Positions 37,801-47,517 of a stretch of DNA of 64,000 nucleotides are shown one piece after another. The stretch is from Bacteroidota bacterium (GTDB lineage Bacteria; Bacteroidota; Bacteroidia; J057; JADKCL01). The stretch lies in contig JANORP010000005.1 in assembly GCA_031415375.1 (NCBI GenBank), forward strand, positions 9,683 through 73,682. The letters run 5' to 3'. A program made the translations under genes and the position numbers. How positions within the stretch are numbered: position 1 is the stretch's first letter; each line of letters begins with the position of its first letter. The notes beneath the pieces were generated by a model. The model was not told the DNA's origin, ran no database searches, and saw only the letters and a program-made list of their open reading frames with translations.

Positions 37801-39693
37801 TTAGTGGTTCACCACCAATTTAGTCGTCATGTTGCCAGCTGTGGTTTCCATGTTGACAAAGTAGAGGCCGCCAGCCCAGTTTTGGGCGTCGAGGTTCAAG
37901 GTGTGGGTACCTGCAGTGACACCGACTTCAGTTTTGCTGAAAACGGTTTGACCAAAGATGTTGACCACGCTCATTTTGACGTCGCCCAGCACAGGCAACT
38001 CATAGCGCAATGAAGTCGCACCGCTGGTAGGGTTAGGCACTGCACGCAGGTTCAGGGTCACGTTCATCTCATCCTTCACGCTGATCGGGACAGCGGGGCA
38101 GGTGACAGAGATATTGGCGCTGATCATGAAGTCATTGACGGTGGACTGACGGTAAGGAGACCATGCACCACTCAAGATTTCAAATGTGCGACGTGAGATT
38201 GGGGCTTGGGTTTCGGTACCCAAGGAGACGTTGGCACCGCTTTGGAACCAAGCGACATACCAGCCACCAGAGGTGATGGTTGCGGTACCGCTCATGCGCA
38301 CGCGGCTCCAGCCTTGCTCAGTAGATGAGTTGGCAGGGGCACTAGCTGAGTCGAGCAATGCACCAGGGATGCCTGAGTCGTCATAGATAGCGATGCCATA
38401 GGAGTCATGCACACCTGGGTCTTGGCCAGAGTCAGCGATCCACACGTCCACGTTGTTGATCGTGGCAGGGTAAGCTACAGGAACGATATAGACACCAGTG
38501 CCTTCGTTGTTGGCACCACCTGACCATGACACTGCGCCATCTGGCTGTGCCGCAGAGGAATATGTGAGGTTCATCGTGTCACCAATACAAGGGGTAGCCA
38601 CAAGCTCGACCGTATTTTGGTTGTTGCTGGGGTTGATATCTTGTGAGTTGGTGGTGGTGACTTTGTAAGAATAGTGATCGGCGGTGGTAAAGGTGACCTG
38701 GCTCGGGAAAGTGAGGGTCGAGTTGGCACCGAAGTTGAGGCCGGTAGGCAACGCAGAAGCGCTCGTCCAGAAAGCAGCACCTGCGCCTGGAAGGCGGATG
38801 TCACCTGCAACTGCGATATTGTTGGTGATGTTGGCATTGCCGACGTTGGCGATATTGGTGTTCATCGACTGTGGGCTAGCATTGGCACCCGAGATGAAGA
38901 ACTGGCCTGCATTGTCGCTGTTGGCATTCCAAGCTGGCGTAGCATCTGGGACTTGGAAAGTCACGGTAGCTGGGTAATAAAACTTGACTGCATACATGTC
39001 GGCAGGAATTGCCTCATTGGCGACTTCCAGGCCGATATTGCCAGTGATGTTTTCGATACCGATTTCCATGTCGGCGTTGCAACCACCATTGTTGGTCCAG
39101 TTGGCGACGTCTGTATCGTTGTACATAAAGGTGATCGAGCTGTCTTGACCGCTCAGGATGAGCTGGAAGGTGTTGCTGCCGATGAAGTCTGGGCTACCAG
39201 TCACCCACCATGGCACTTGGCTCCACTCGATGATGAGGCTGTCGGTGTTGTTGCTCCACCACCATACTTCGGCTGGATTCACAGCTGCAGAGTTGGATGT
39301 GTAGATCAAGTCACTCATGAAAGGCGCCAAAAAGTTGTCGCCAGCACCACCTTGTGTAGGGATGAGTGGGAAACAGCTGGCGATATTACCGATGTTGTTG
39401 AATCCTACCCAGCCATTGGAGCCGAGTTTGAATTGGTTGTGATCAGTCCAATAGTAGTGGAAATCCCAGCCAAAGTTGATGAATGCAACAGCATTGTCAT
39501 CGGTCAAGCCATTCACCTGTGTGGCACCCGGCGCTCCGACGATGGAATTCCAAACGTAAGCGGGACCGCCTGGCTCATTGGAGTCTTTCCATGTATAACC
39601 AAAGGCGTCTGGACCGCCAGCTGCAGCAAATGTATTGCTTACGCCCACTGCACAAAGCAAAGCCAATGTAAAGAGTAGAATTCTGTTTCTCAT
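37801..39693 (-). CDS. T9SS cargo of the 'GGPDxxGYxWKDSNEPG' family, tandem paralog 1
   Basis: Start at ATG 39693 (MRNRILLFTLALLCAVGVSNTFA). The mature N-terminus is AAGGPDAFGYTWKDSNEPGGPAYVW. It is collinear with 35780..37675 (GWDFHYYW, GSNGWV.F.N.GNIASCFP, LAPFMSDL, SNTFQLILSG). The C-terminal LRAVPNPTSGATSLRYEL...GLYFVNMETT is a CTD. Confidence 0.8.
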   Translation of the reverse strand: MRNRILLFTLALLCAVGVSNTFAAAGGPDAFGYTWKDSNEPGGPAYVWNSIVGAPGATQVNGLTDDNAVAFINFGWDFHYYWTDHNQFKLGSNGWVGFNNIGNIASCFPLIPTQGGAGDNFLAPFMSDLIYTSNSAAVNPAEVWWWSNNTDSLIIEWSQVPWWVTGSPDFIGSNTFQLILSGQDSSITFMYNDTDVANWTNNGGCNADMEIGIENITGNIGLEVANEAIPADMYAVKFYYPATVTFQVPDATPAWNANSDNAGQFFISGANASPQSMNTNIANVGNANITNNIAVAGDIRLPGAGAAFWTSASALPTGLNFGANSTLTFPSQVTFTTADHYSYKVTTTNSQDINPSNNQNTVELVATPCIGDTMNLTYSSAAQPDGAVSWSGGANNEGTGVYIVPVAYPATINNVDVWIADSGQDPGVHDSYGIAIYDDSGIPGALLDSASAPANSSTEQGWSRVRMSGTATITSGGWYVAWFQSGANVSLGTETQAPISRRTFEILSGAWSPYRQSTVNDFMISANISVTCPAVPISVKDEMNVTLNLRAVPNPTSGATSLRYELPVLGDVKMSVVNIFGQTVFSKTEVGVTAGTHTLNLDAQNWAGGLYFVNMETTAGNMTTKLVVNH

Positions 39694-39806
39694 ACCTATA
39701 TATATCATTGTAAAAAGAAATCTTACCTAACCTCAAAGATAGGGCTTTCCTGCTAATATTCAACCGCTCCCCGCAAAGGATTTGAGCATTGTCGCCAAGC
39801 CGTCTA

Positions 39807-41198
39807 TCAGACGGGTCGGTTGGGATCAAACGATTCCAACAAATCTGCCAAACGACGCACAAAACGACCTCCCAATGCGCCATCGACCACCCTGTGATCA
39901 TAGCTATGGCTCAGGAACATCATCTGACGGATGCCGATGATGTCACCCATGGGGGTCTCGATCACGGCTGGCTTCTTGCGGATCGCGCCCACCGCCATGA
40001 TGGCCACTTGAGGCTGCATGATCACGGGTGTACCCATCACGTTGCCAAATGTGCCCACATTGCTGATCGTGTATGTGCCACCTTCCAATTCATCCATTTT
40101 GAGTTTGCCTTCGCGTGCACGGGCTGCGAGATCGTTCACACGGGCGCTCAGCCCGGCGAGGTTGTACTGATCGGCATTGCGCACCACCGGCACGATGAGG
40201 TTGTCGGTGGGCAGGGCAACTGCCATGCCCACGTTGATGTCCTTTTTGACAACGATCTTGTCGCCATCGACTGAGATATTGACCATCGGGAGCTCGCGCA
40301 GGGCGATTGCCAATGCCTCGATGAAGATCGGGGTAAATGTGAGCTTCTCGTTGTATTTTGCTTCGAATGCTTTTTTATTTTTCTCTCTCCATAGCACGAG
40401 ATTGGTCACATCGGCCTCGACAAACGAGGTCACGTGGGCCGATACATGCTTGGAATAGACCATATTTTCGGCAATCATCTTGCGCATGCGGTCCATTTCC
40501 ACGATCTCGACATTGCCGCTGTGGCTGTAGGTCTTTTGCTTGACCATGAGGTATCCCTCGATCGGACCAGATGCCTTCGCAACCGGTGCGGCCACGGGCG
40601 CGACGGGAGTAGCCTTGACCTCAGCTTGACCATTGGTCGTGCCCAGTGCGGCTGTGCGTGGGCTTTTCACAAAGGCCAAGATATCGGCTTTGGTGACACG
40701 GCCGCCATTGCCGCTACCAGCGATTTGTTCCAGCTCAGCCATCGAGACGCTTTCTGCACGCGCGATGTTCAGGACGAGTGGCGAGTAGAAGCGACCATTG
40801 TCTGATCGGCTCGCAAGCGGTCCAGAAGCGACCGCTACTGCGGCATGCACAATGGCTTGATTGGCGGTCACAACCTCCAATACAGGAGCAGCGACGGTTT
40901 CGGCCACCTTGGCTGCACCTTGCCCATTGGCACTAGGAGCAGCAGCGACAGCGGCAGCTTCAGTCTCGATGATGGCGATCACAGTGCCCACGGGCACGAC
41001 GTCACCTTCCTTAAACATCACCTCAAGCAGCTTGCCATCCACGGGAGAGGGCACTTCTGAATCGACTTTGTCGGTCGCGATCTCCAAGACAGGCTCGTCT
41101 TGTTCGATGTTGCCGCCAACTGCCACCACCCATTTCAAAATGGTTGCCTCGATGATGCTCTCGCCCATTTTGGGCATGATCAGCTCTACTCTAGCCAT
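39807..41198 (-). CDS. 2-oxoacid dehydrogenase complex E2 (dihydrolipoamide acyltransferase)
   Basis: Start at ATG 41198 (MARVELIMPKMGESIIEATI). Lipoyl site LEIATDKVDSEVPSP, Ala/Pro linker, E3-binding-like segment, and catalytic LSHSYDHRVVDGALGG. No E1 or E3 gene is adjacent. Confidence 0.9.
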   Translation of the reverse strand: MARVELIMPKMGESIIEATILKWVVAVGGNIEQDEPVLEIATDKVDSEVPSPVDGKLLEVMFKEGDVVPVGTVIAIIETEAAAVAAAPSANGQGAAKVAETVAAPVLEVVTANQAIVHAAVAVASGPLASRSDNGRFYSPLVLNIARAESVSMAELEQIAGSGNGGRVTKADILAFVKSPRTAALGTTNGQAEVKATPVAPVAAPVAKASGPIEGYLMVKQKTYSHSGNVEIVEMDRMRKMIAENMVYSKHVSAHVTSFVEADVTNLVLWREKNKKAFEAKYNEKLTFTPIFIEALAIALRELPMVNISVDGDKIVVKKDINVGMAVALPTDNLIVPVVRNADQYNLAGLSARVNDLAARAREGKLKMDELEGGTYTISNVGTFGNVMGTPVIMQPQVAIMAVGAIRKKPAVIETPMGDIIGIRQMMFLSHSYDHRVVDGALGGRFVRRLADLLESFDPNRPV

Positions 41199-41395
41199 AT
41201 TCTTAGATAAAATTGAAGTCTCTGAGTTTTTCAAATGCGCTGCGAAATTAACCAAAAAAGATCAGGATTTCGGATTTTTAGGATATGACGCAGGGCGATT
41301 TGATGGGAAATTTTTATGGGCTGCAAGGCGGGCGGCTTGCATTCGATGCCCTGGATTGCAATCGGGGAATTTGACAGTCCATGACCAATCCCATT

Positions 41396-42649
41396 TTAGA
41401 AAGGTGCCCCGACCGCACGCAAGGCGAAGATGAGCGCCGCGTAGGCGGCAATCTCGATATTGACCTTGCGGTCGCGCAACATGCGCGTGTGGAAGGCAGA
41501 TGTGCCCTCAGGACCGGCCAATGCTATCCAAGCCTGTGGAAGTGCCTCTTTGGGAGCATCCTTGGCGGCCTCAGCGATGCCTGTGATGGCCACAGCATAG
41601 TCACTGCCCATGATGCGCCGTGCGCCTTCTGCCATTTCCCGCGCCACTTCTTCCGAAACGATCCCCTTTTCCGCGATCGTGGACTGCTTCACCCCGAGCA
41701 CATTTTCCTTGATCTCGACCATATAAGCAACGATGCCACCTTTGAGCACCGCAGAAATTCCACTGTGCTTGACCAGCTTGGCCGCAATCTCGCCGCCTGT
41801 GCAGGACTCAGCCGTCGCGAATGTCTTATTGTTTTGGATCAACCAATCGGCGAGCAATTTGTCGGGACTCTTGTCTTGGAGGGAATAGACATACTGTTCC
41901 AAGAGTTGGGCAACTTTTTGCTGGGCGTCGTCCAAGACGGCCTGCAATTCCCCTGTTTCCTCGGGCTTGCCCGCAACTTTGAGTTCGATCTTGGTCCCGT
42001 CAAAGCTTGGCAAATAGGCGATGGCGATCCTGGGGTCCAAGTCTTGCTCGATGGTTTCCATGCGCTCGGCAATCGTGCTCTCTGCGAGCCCAGCAGTGCG
42101 CACGACACGCAAATGCTGCTCTGCCACGGGATAGTGGCCCTGCAACCATGCGACCACGTGGTGCTCCATGAGAAATTTCATCTCATAAGGCACGCCCGGC
42201 ATCGAAATCAAGGTCTTGCCATCGCGCAAAAAGGCCATGCCAGGCGCCGTCCCCATTTCATTTTCCATCACTGTGCAGCTGCTAGGCACATCGGCTTGCA
42301 TGCGGTTGAGGGGAATCATCGGGCGATCGAGGCGCTTGAGAAAATTCGCAATGCGTTCCAGGGTCGGCACATGGCAGACCATTTCCCCGCCAAACAATTC
42401 CAACAATACCTTTTTGGTGATGTCATCTTTGGTCGGCCCGAGGCCACCCGTGAGCAAGAGTACATCGTGCGTGGCCAGCAGATCTTCGATGGCTGCGGTG
42501 ATCACCGGGCCATCGTCGTGGATCACCAGCGTGGTTTCGAGCGCATACCCGGCTGCGAGTAGCATCTGCCCGATCGCGGCCGCGTTGGAGTTGATCGTGC
42601 GCCCGCGCAAGAGCTCGGTACCAATGTTGAGGAGGGCGATTTTGGTCAT
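41396..42649 (-). CDS. cinA: competence/damage-inducible protein CinA (NMN deamidase family)
   Basis: MTKIALLNIGTELLRGRTINSNAAAIG N-terminal MoCF-like domain plus a C-terminal CinA/PncC-type domain (...ESCTGGEIAAKL...). Confidence 0.9.
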   Translation of the reverse strand: MTKIALLNIGTELLRGRTINSNAAAIGQMLLAAGYALETTLVIHDDGPVITAAIEDLLATHDVLLLTGGLGPTKDDITKKVLLELFGGEMVCHVPTLERIANFLKRLDRPMIPLNRMQADVPSSCTVMENEMGTAPGMAFLRDGKTLISMPGVPYEMKFLMEHHVVAWLQGHYPVAEQHLRVVRTAGLAESTIAERMETIEQDLDPRIAIAYLPSFDGTKIELKVAGKPEETGELQAVLDDAQQKVAQLLEQYVYSLQDKSPDKLLADWLIQNNKTFATAESCTGGEIAAKLVKHSGISAVLKGGIVAYMVEIKENVLGVKQSTIAEKGIVSEEVAREMAEGARRIMGSDYAVAITGIAEAAKDAPKEALPQAWIALAGPEGTSAFHTRMLRDRKVNIEIAAYAALIFALRAVGAPF

Positions 42650-42820
42650 TCTCGTGGGTGTCCTTAATGAATCAATGCGATATTGAGCATAAGCAATGAA
42701 GGGTGCAAAGGGTTTTGTTGCCTATCCAAAAATTGTAGCACGATAGCAATCGATCCGCATTTCGTCGCAAAAAAATAGATAGCTTCGCAGGCCGCCTGTC
42801 ACACCCAGGCACGACATACC

Positions 42821-44761
42821 ATGGGACATCCACAGCTCCAAAAACTCACCTTCGCAGGATTTCTTGTCTCGGTCGGTATTGTATTTGGGGACATTGGGAC
42901 CTCGCCCCTCTACACCTACAAGGCCATCATCCAAGAGGAACCCGTCACAGAATTGCTCGCGCTCGGCGGCGTGAGTGCGATCTTTTGGACACTGTTCTTC
43001 CAAACGACCCTCAAGTATGTCCTGATCACCTTGCGGGCCGACAACAATGGGGAGGGCGGCATTTTTTCCCTCTATACCTTGATCAGGCGCCACAAGAGAT
43101 GGCTGCTGTTGCCAGCCATTGCGGGAGGCAGCTTTTTGCTCGCCGACAGCATCATCACCCCACCCATGTCGGTGACATCGGCGGTCGAGGGGCTCAAGCC
43201 CATAGCTCCTGACTTGCCGATCATACCCATCGTGCTCGGCATCATCGCGGGCTTATTCCTCTTGCAAAGGGCGGGAACCTCACTGATTGGGAAAATATTT
43301 GGTCCCATGATGATGGTTTGGTTCAGCATGATCGGCATTTTGGGCACACTATTTATCTTCAAGGATCCCAGCGTCCTCAAGGCGCTCAATCCCTACTACG
43401 CCTACCAAATGCTCGCCGAGCATCCAGGTGGATTTTGGCTCTTGGGTGGCGTGTTTTTGTGTACCACGGGCGCTGAGGCGCTGTATTCAGACCTCGGGCA
43501 CTGTGGCCGCAAAAACATACAGATCAGCTGGTTGTACGTCAAGTTTTGTCTGATCCTTTGTTATCTGGGGCAAGCCGCTTATCTCATGCAGCACCAGCAT
43601 GAGGTATTGGAAATCAGCCCATTCTTTGGGTTGGTGCCCGATGGGTTCTTGATTCCTGCGGTGATCATCGCCACGGTCGCGACTGTGATCGCGAGCCAGG
43701 CCCTGATCAGCGGCTCCTTCACCTTGATTGCAGAGGCGATACGCCTCAATCTTTGGCCCAAGATGCGGGTGGTGTTTCCATCAGAAGTAAGGGGACAGCT
43801 CTACCTGCCGGCGGTCAATTGGATGCTGATGGCAGGTTGCATGGCCGTCGTGCTCTACTTCCAGGAATCCAAAAACATGGAAGCAGCCTTTGGATTGTCG
43901 GTCACCCTCACGATGCTCATGACCACGATCTTGCTAGGTTTCTACCTATTGGTCAAAAGAGTCAATGTCTTGGCTGTGATCGGCTTGCTGCTCCTTTTTC
44001 TCACGATCGAAGGCTCGTTTTTGGTCGCCAACCTTGCCAAATTCATGGAGGGAGGCTGGGTCACGCTCACCCTCGGCCTCCTACTCATGGTCGTGATGTA
44101 CATCTGGCACAAGGCCACCCAGATCAAAAACGGATTGCAACAATTTGTGCCCATCAAGTCCTACCTCAATGTATTGAAGGAGTTGTCGCACGACAAAGAA
44201 GTGCCCAAATATGCGACCAACCTCGTCTATCTGAGCAGCAGCAAAGCCTGCGAGCAGATCGAGCAACAGACGATCTACTCCATCCTCAACAAGCAGCCCA
44301 AGCGCGCAGACGTGTATTGGTTTGTGCATGTGGAAGTCGTCGATGAACCCTATGCCATGTCTTATCAGGTCGAGGTGTTGGCACCCGAAGACGTCGTCTG
44401 GATCAAATTCAAGCTTGGCTTTCGTGTGTCACCCCGCATCAACTATTTCTTTCGCAAGGTCGTGGAGGAAATGGTGCAAAATGGCGAAGTGAGCATCAAC
44501 AGTCGATACTCCTCCCTCGAAAAGAACAATATCACAGGCGATTTTCGCTTTGTTGTGCTACAACGCTTCCTATCCTTTGAGAACGAGTTGTCGGTCATCG
44601 ACAATTTTGTCCTGCGCAGTTATTTTCTCCTCAAGAAGCTCAGCCTCTCCGATGAAAAGGAATATGGGCTCGACTACAGCAATGTCACCGTCGAGCACGC
44701 GCCCATGATCATCGGTGCACCCCGAAAAATCAATTTGGTGCGGGAGCCCAAAAGCTGTTGA
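42821..44761 (+). CDS. kup: KUP/HAK/KT potassium uptake transporter
   Basis: GDIGTSPLYTYKA signature, ~12 hydrophobic helices, and a cytoplasmic C-terminal domain. Confidence 0.95.
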   Translation: MGHPQLQKLTFAGFLVSVGIVFGDIGTSPLYTYKAIIQEEPVTELLALGGVSAIFWTLFFQTTLKYVLITLRADNNGEGGIFSLYTLIRRHKRWLLLPAIAGGSFLLADSIITPPMSVTSAVEGLKPIAPDLPIIPIVLGIIAGLFLLQRAGTSLIGKIFGPMMMVWFSMIGILGTLFIFKDPSVLKALNPYYAYQMLAEHPGGFWLLGGVFLCTTGAEALYSDLGHCGRKNIQISWLYVKFCLILCYLGQAAYLMQHQHEVLEISPFFGLVPDGFLIPAVIIATVATVIASQALISGSFTLIAEAIRLNLWPKMRVVFPSEVRGQLYLPAVNWMLMAGCMAVVLYFQESKNMEAAFGLSVTLTMLMTTILLGFYLLVKRVNVLAVIGLLLLFLTIEGSFLVANLAKFMEGGWVTLTLGLLLMVVMYIWHKATQIKNGLQQFVPIKSYLNVLKELSHDKEVPKYATNLVYLSSSKACEQIEQQTIYSILNKQPKRADVYWFVHVEVVDEPYAMSYQVEVLAPEDVVWIKFKLGFRVSPRINYFFRKVVEEMVQNGEVSINSRYSSLEKNNITGDFRFVVLQRFLSFENELSVIDNFVLRSYFLLKKLSLSDEKEYGLDYSNVTVEHAPMIIGAPRKINLVREPKSC

Positions 44762-44914
44762 GGAGATAAGAATTCCGTCGAGCGACGATCTGCTGCACCT
44801 CGGAGGCCCTTTGGAGCCAATGATCCGTTTTTGAGCCCAGAGACTTGGGTAACGCCACATGCAAATGGGCAGTGTCGCCACTGCCCATTGCTATCTTCAA
44901 ATTGTTGCAAAATA

Positions 44915-45313
44915 CTATTCCGTAGAGGTCTGCAAAACCATCTTCACTTGGAGACGCATCCCAAGATCCATGACATCGACCAGACTTTGGACATCCAACG
45001 CACGCTCGACGCGCAAGACAACCGTAGGGTCTGCCAGACCTTGGAGTTTACTTTTCAGATTTGCCTCCACGTCGGCCCACTCCAAGGCTCCGCTTTCATC
45101 GATGAAGTACTGCTTTTCCTTGTTTACCGTGAGGTACACTGGCTTCGCGGTCGCTTCATCTTGCTTGCCCGCCTTGGGCAGCGAGAGTTTGATGACCTGT
45201 GGATTGGCCACGGTCGCCACGATGAGGAAGAAGAGCAGCAAGAAAAACATAATGTCGTTCAGTGCTCCAGTGCTTACCTCATGTTGAAAACGTGATTGGC
45301 GCTTAAGCTTCAT
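44915..45313 (-). CDS. exbD: biopolymer transport protein ExbD/TolR
   Basis: 132 aa with a single N-terminal TM segment (ALNDIMFFLLLFFLIVATV) and a periplasmic domain. It overlaps exbB by 11 nt. Confidence 0.85.
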   Translation of the reverse strand: MKLKRQSRFQHEVSTGALNDIMFFLLLFFLIVATVANPQVIKLSLPKAGKQDEATAKPVYLTVNKEKQYFIDESGALEWADVEANLKSKLQGLADPTVVLRVERALDVQSLVDVMDLGMRLQVKMVLQTSTE

Positions 45314-46001
45314 GGACAGGCTGATGTAATAAGTTCATAAAGGCGTAGCTCTCTGCCTCGACGGCCACGGTGAAGCGGTCGATCATCGCATTGAGCAAGT
45401 GCATGCCAGCGTAGGAAATCATGCCGACCACAAGACCAGCACAACTAGAAATCATCTTTTCATAGAGTCCCCCTGAGATCGCAGCAATGCTAAACTGACC
45501 CGTCGCATTGATGTTGTAAAAGATCTTGATAATCCCCAAGATCGTGCCGATAAAGCCGAGCATGGGCGCTACACCAGAGATGATACCGAGATAATTCAGA
45601 CGACCCGAGATGCGGCCGATCAAAACGTTGCCGTAGCTGCTCATGGCCCCATCAATCTCGGGAGCAGGTGCACCAAGGCGCTCCACGCCAGCACCCAAGA
45701 TCTTGAGTAGGATGTAGTCTGAACCCTTGCAAATATTGAGTGCTGTGTCCATGTCTCCTTTTTTGAGGGATCCATGCAAGGTCATCACTTGGCTGTGATC
45801 TACTGCCATGGATCGTTTGATGGCCAGGTAGCGCTCCACGATGATATAAATCGTCACAAAAAACAGGATCATGATGGGGATCAAAACGATTCCACCTTTC
45901 CAAAACACTTCTAGAATGGTGAGTTTTTCACCTCCGGCTGCTGAAACCGCCTCTGTTGCAGTCCTCAAAGGCGCGGTCGAATCTACTTGTAGTCCTAACA
46001 T
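45303..46001 (-). CDS. exbB: MotA/TolQ/ExbB proton-channel protein
   Basis: 232 aa with three TM helices and the conserved C-terminal block GVAPMLGFIGTILGIIKIF...GGLYEKMISSCAGLVVG. Confidence 0.85.
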   Translation of the reverse strand: MLGLQVDSTAPLRTATEAVSAAGGEKLTILEVFWKGGIVLIPIMILFFVTIYIIVERYLAIKRSMAVDHSQVMTLHGSLKKGDMDTALNICKGSDYILLKILGAGVERLGAPAPEIDGAMSSYGNVLIGRISGRLNYLGIISGVAPMLGFIGTILGIIKIFYNINATGQFSIAAISGGLYEKMISSCAGLVVGMISYAGMHLLNAMIDRFTVAVEAESYAFMNLLHQPVHEA

Positions 46002-46199
46002 AATTCAAAATTTTGGGCTAAACTACGCCTAAGCGTTTCACCTATCGTGCCTTGTAATGCACACCTTTGGCGAGGGGCGACAACTTTTGTGAACACTCAG
46101 GAAAGTAAAGTTTATTCCAAGATTTCGATTTTAGGGAATGTTACGGTGGGTGATCGACCTTGGTTACATGCCACAAAGTCTGTCCTGTAAGGTCTGCTG

Positions 46200-46240
46200 G
46201 GAAAATGCGAAGCCCCTCGTCCATCGACCAGGGGCTTCGC
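46200..46240 (-). terminator. rho-independent terminator of the 48425..46265 operon
   Basis: GCGAAGCCCCT (46207..46217) pairs with AGGGGCTTCGC (46230..46240), an 11-bp stem. On the minus strand it is followed by ATTTTCC. Confidence 0.75.
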
Positions 46241-46264
46241 ACCAACTATAAACGTCGGTCCAAT

Positions 46265-46657
46265 CTATTGATCTTCCCACAGCAAGGTCTTCACTGGCAC
46301 ACCGCTCCACACAGGGCAACTGCCGTCGCCATCGCCAGTGATGCCACCGTCTGGCGCGCAGACTAGGTTGCAATCTTCATCGTACAATTCGCTGAAAACA
46401 TCACAACATGGCGCACTGATGTAGTAGTACGTCGTCTGATCGACCTCCCATTTCCACAGTTGCGCGGGGGGATTGCGCACGGGTTCGTTTTGAATGTCTT
46501 GGATTTTGGTTTCTACACAAGGGGGCAAGCCGCGCGAAGTCTCCTTGGAGGCCTCTTGGGAACCCTTGGTTCTAGGATCGGTCCTTTCGCAGGACCAATA
46601 GAACACGCTCGCAAACAGCAAAAGGAAAAGCAAGGATGATTTTGGGTACATTTTCAT
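46265..46657 (-). CDS. small Cys-rich lipoprotein (DUF6970-like, from memory)
   Basis: Start at ATG 46657 (MKMYPKSSLLFLLLFASVFYWSC). 'YYYISAPCCDVFSELYDEDCNLVCAPDGGITGDGDGSCP' is a conserved-looking Cys motif. Confidence 0.6.
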   Translation of the reverse strand: MKMYPKSSLLFLLLFASVFYWSCERTDPRTKGSQEASKETSRGLPPCVETKIQDIQNEPVRNPPAQLWKWEVDQTTYYYISAPCCDVFSELYDEDCNLVCAPDGGITGDGDGSCPVWSGVPVKTLLWEDQ

Positions 46658-46719
46658 TTTAAGTGGATTTCCCTTTTGATGCAAACCTTTGCACCAAGGT
46701 TGGAACCCACCTAAGAAAA

Positions 46720-47517
46720 TCATTCCATGCGCCCGGCGATCATCCACATCATCGGCACCATGCCTTCTGCCAGTGTTTCATGCACCCATTGGCCGGGCCG
46801 CACCTCTTTCAGATTGGGAAAGGCGTTGTAGGCGCTATAGCTGTATTCCTTGAATTTCTCCAAGCGCAACCCACGGTCGAGCAGTGGTTGCAGGACTTCT
46901 GAAATGCCATGGCTCCAAAAATATTCCTTCAATTCGACCGCCTGGGCCGTGCCCGTATAGCTGCTCGCCGCATTCTCTTCAAATGCATGACCTGGATTGA
47001 AATAGGGATAGGTCATCGCCAGACTGTTCCAATCTAGGCCATGCCAATTGGGGTGAAACTCAGCCAAGCAAAACCGACCGCCAGGCTTTAAATACCGCTT
47101 CACGATATCGGCCCACAGCTGCATGTCGGGCAGCCATAGCAATGCGCCATAGCTCGTAAAGACGATGTCGAATTGCCCATCGAGGTGGTCTGGCAGGTCA
47201 TAGACCGCACATTCCACAAACGTGGCCTCGACCCCGATTTGGACTGCGAGTTCACGTGCCTTGGAGATCGCCGCCCCACTGATGTCCATGCCCGTGACCT
47301 GCGCCCCACGGCGCGCCCAGGAGAGGGTATCCATCCCAAAATGGCATTGCAGGTGCAGCATGGTCTTGCCTGCCACATCTCCCAAGCCCTCCAACTCCGG
47401 TGCCATGAGCGTGCAATTGCCCGCGACGAAGCCTGGCACATCGTAAAAAGCACTGGCTACATGGCCTTCCAGGCGACTGTCCCAGAGTTTTTTGTTTGCC
47501 TCGATTTGTGAATCCAT
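46720..47517 (-). CDS. class I SAM-dependent methyltransferase
   Basis: Motif I-like GKTMLHLQCHFGMDTLSWARRGAQVTGMDIS and post-I/II blocks (FDIVFTSYGALLWL). Its ATG shares one base with the upstream stop (TAATG). Confidence 0.8.
   Translation of the reverse strand: MDSQIEANKKLWDSRLEGHVASAFYDVPGFVAGNCTLMAPELEGLGDVAGKTMLHLQCHFGMDTLSWARRGAQVTGMDISGAAISKARELAVQIGVEATFVECAVYDLPDHLDGQFDIVFTSYGALLWLPDMQLWADIVKRYLKPGGRFCLAEFHPNWHGLDWNSLAMTYPYFNPGHAFEENAASSYTGTAQAVELKEYFWSHGISEVLQPLLDRGLRLEKFKEYSYSAYNAFPNLKEVRPGQWVHETLAEGMVPMMWMIAGRME

Noticed and set aside
44915-46001. The MotA/ExbB-like plus ExbD-like pair, considered as a possible Zorya-type or other MotAB-derived defence module.
   Set aside because: The sizes (232 and 132 aa) and motifs are those of ordinary ExbB/ExbD. 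There is no long ZorA-like tail and no ZorC/D-like helicase or nuclease genes. The neighbours are housekeeping genes. The only oddity is that no tonB gene is adjacent.
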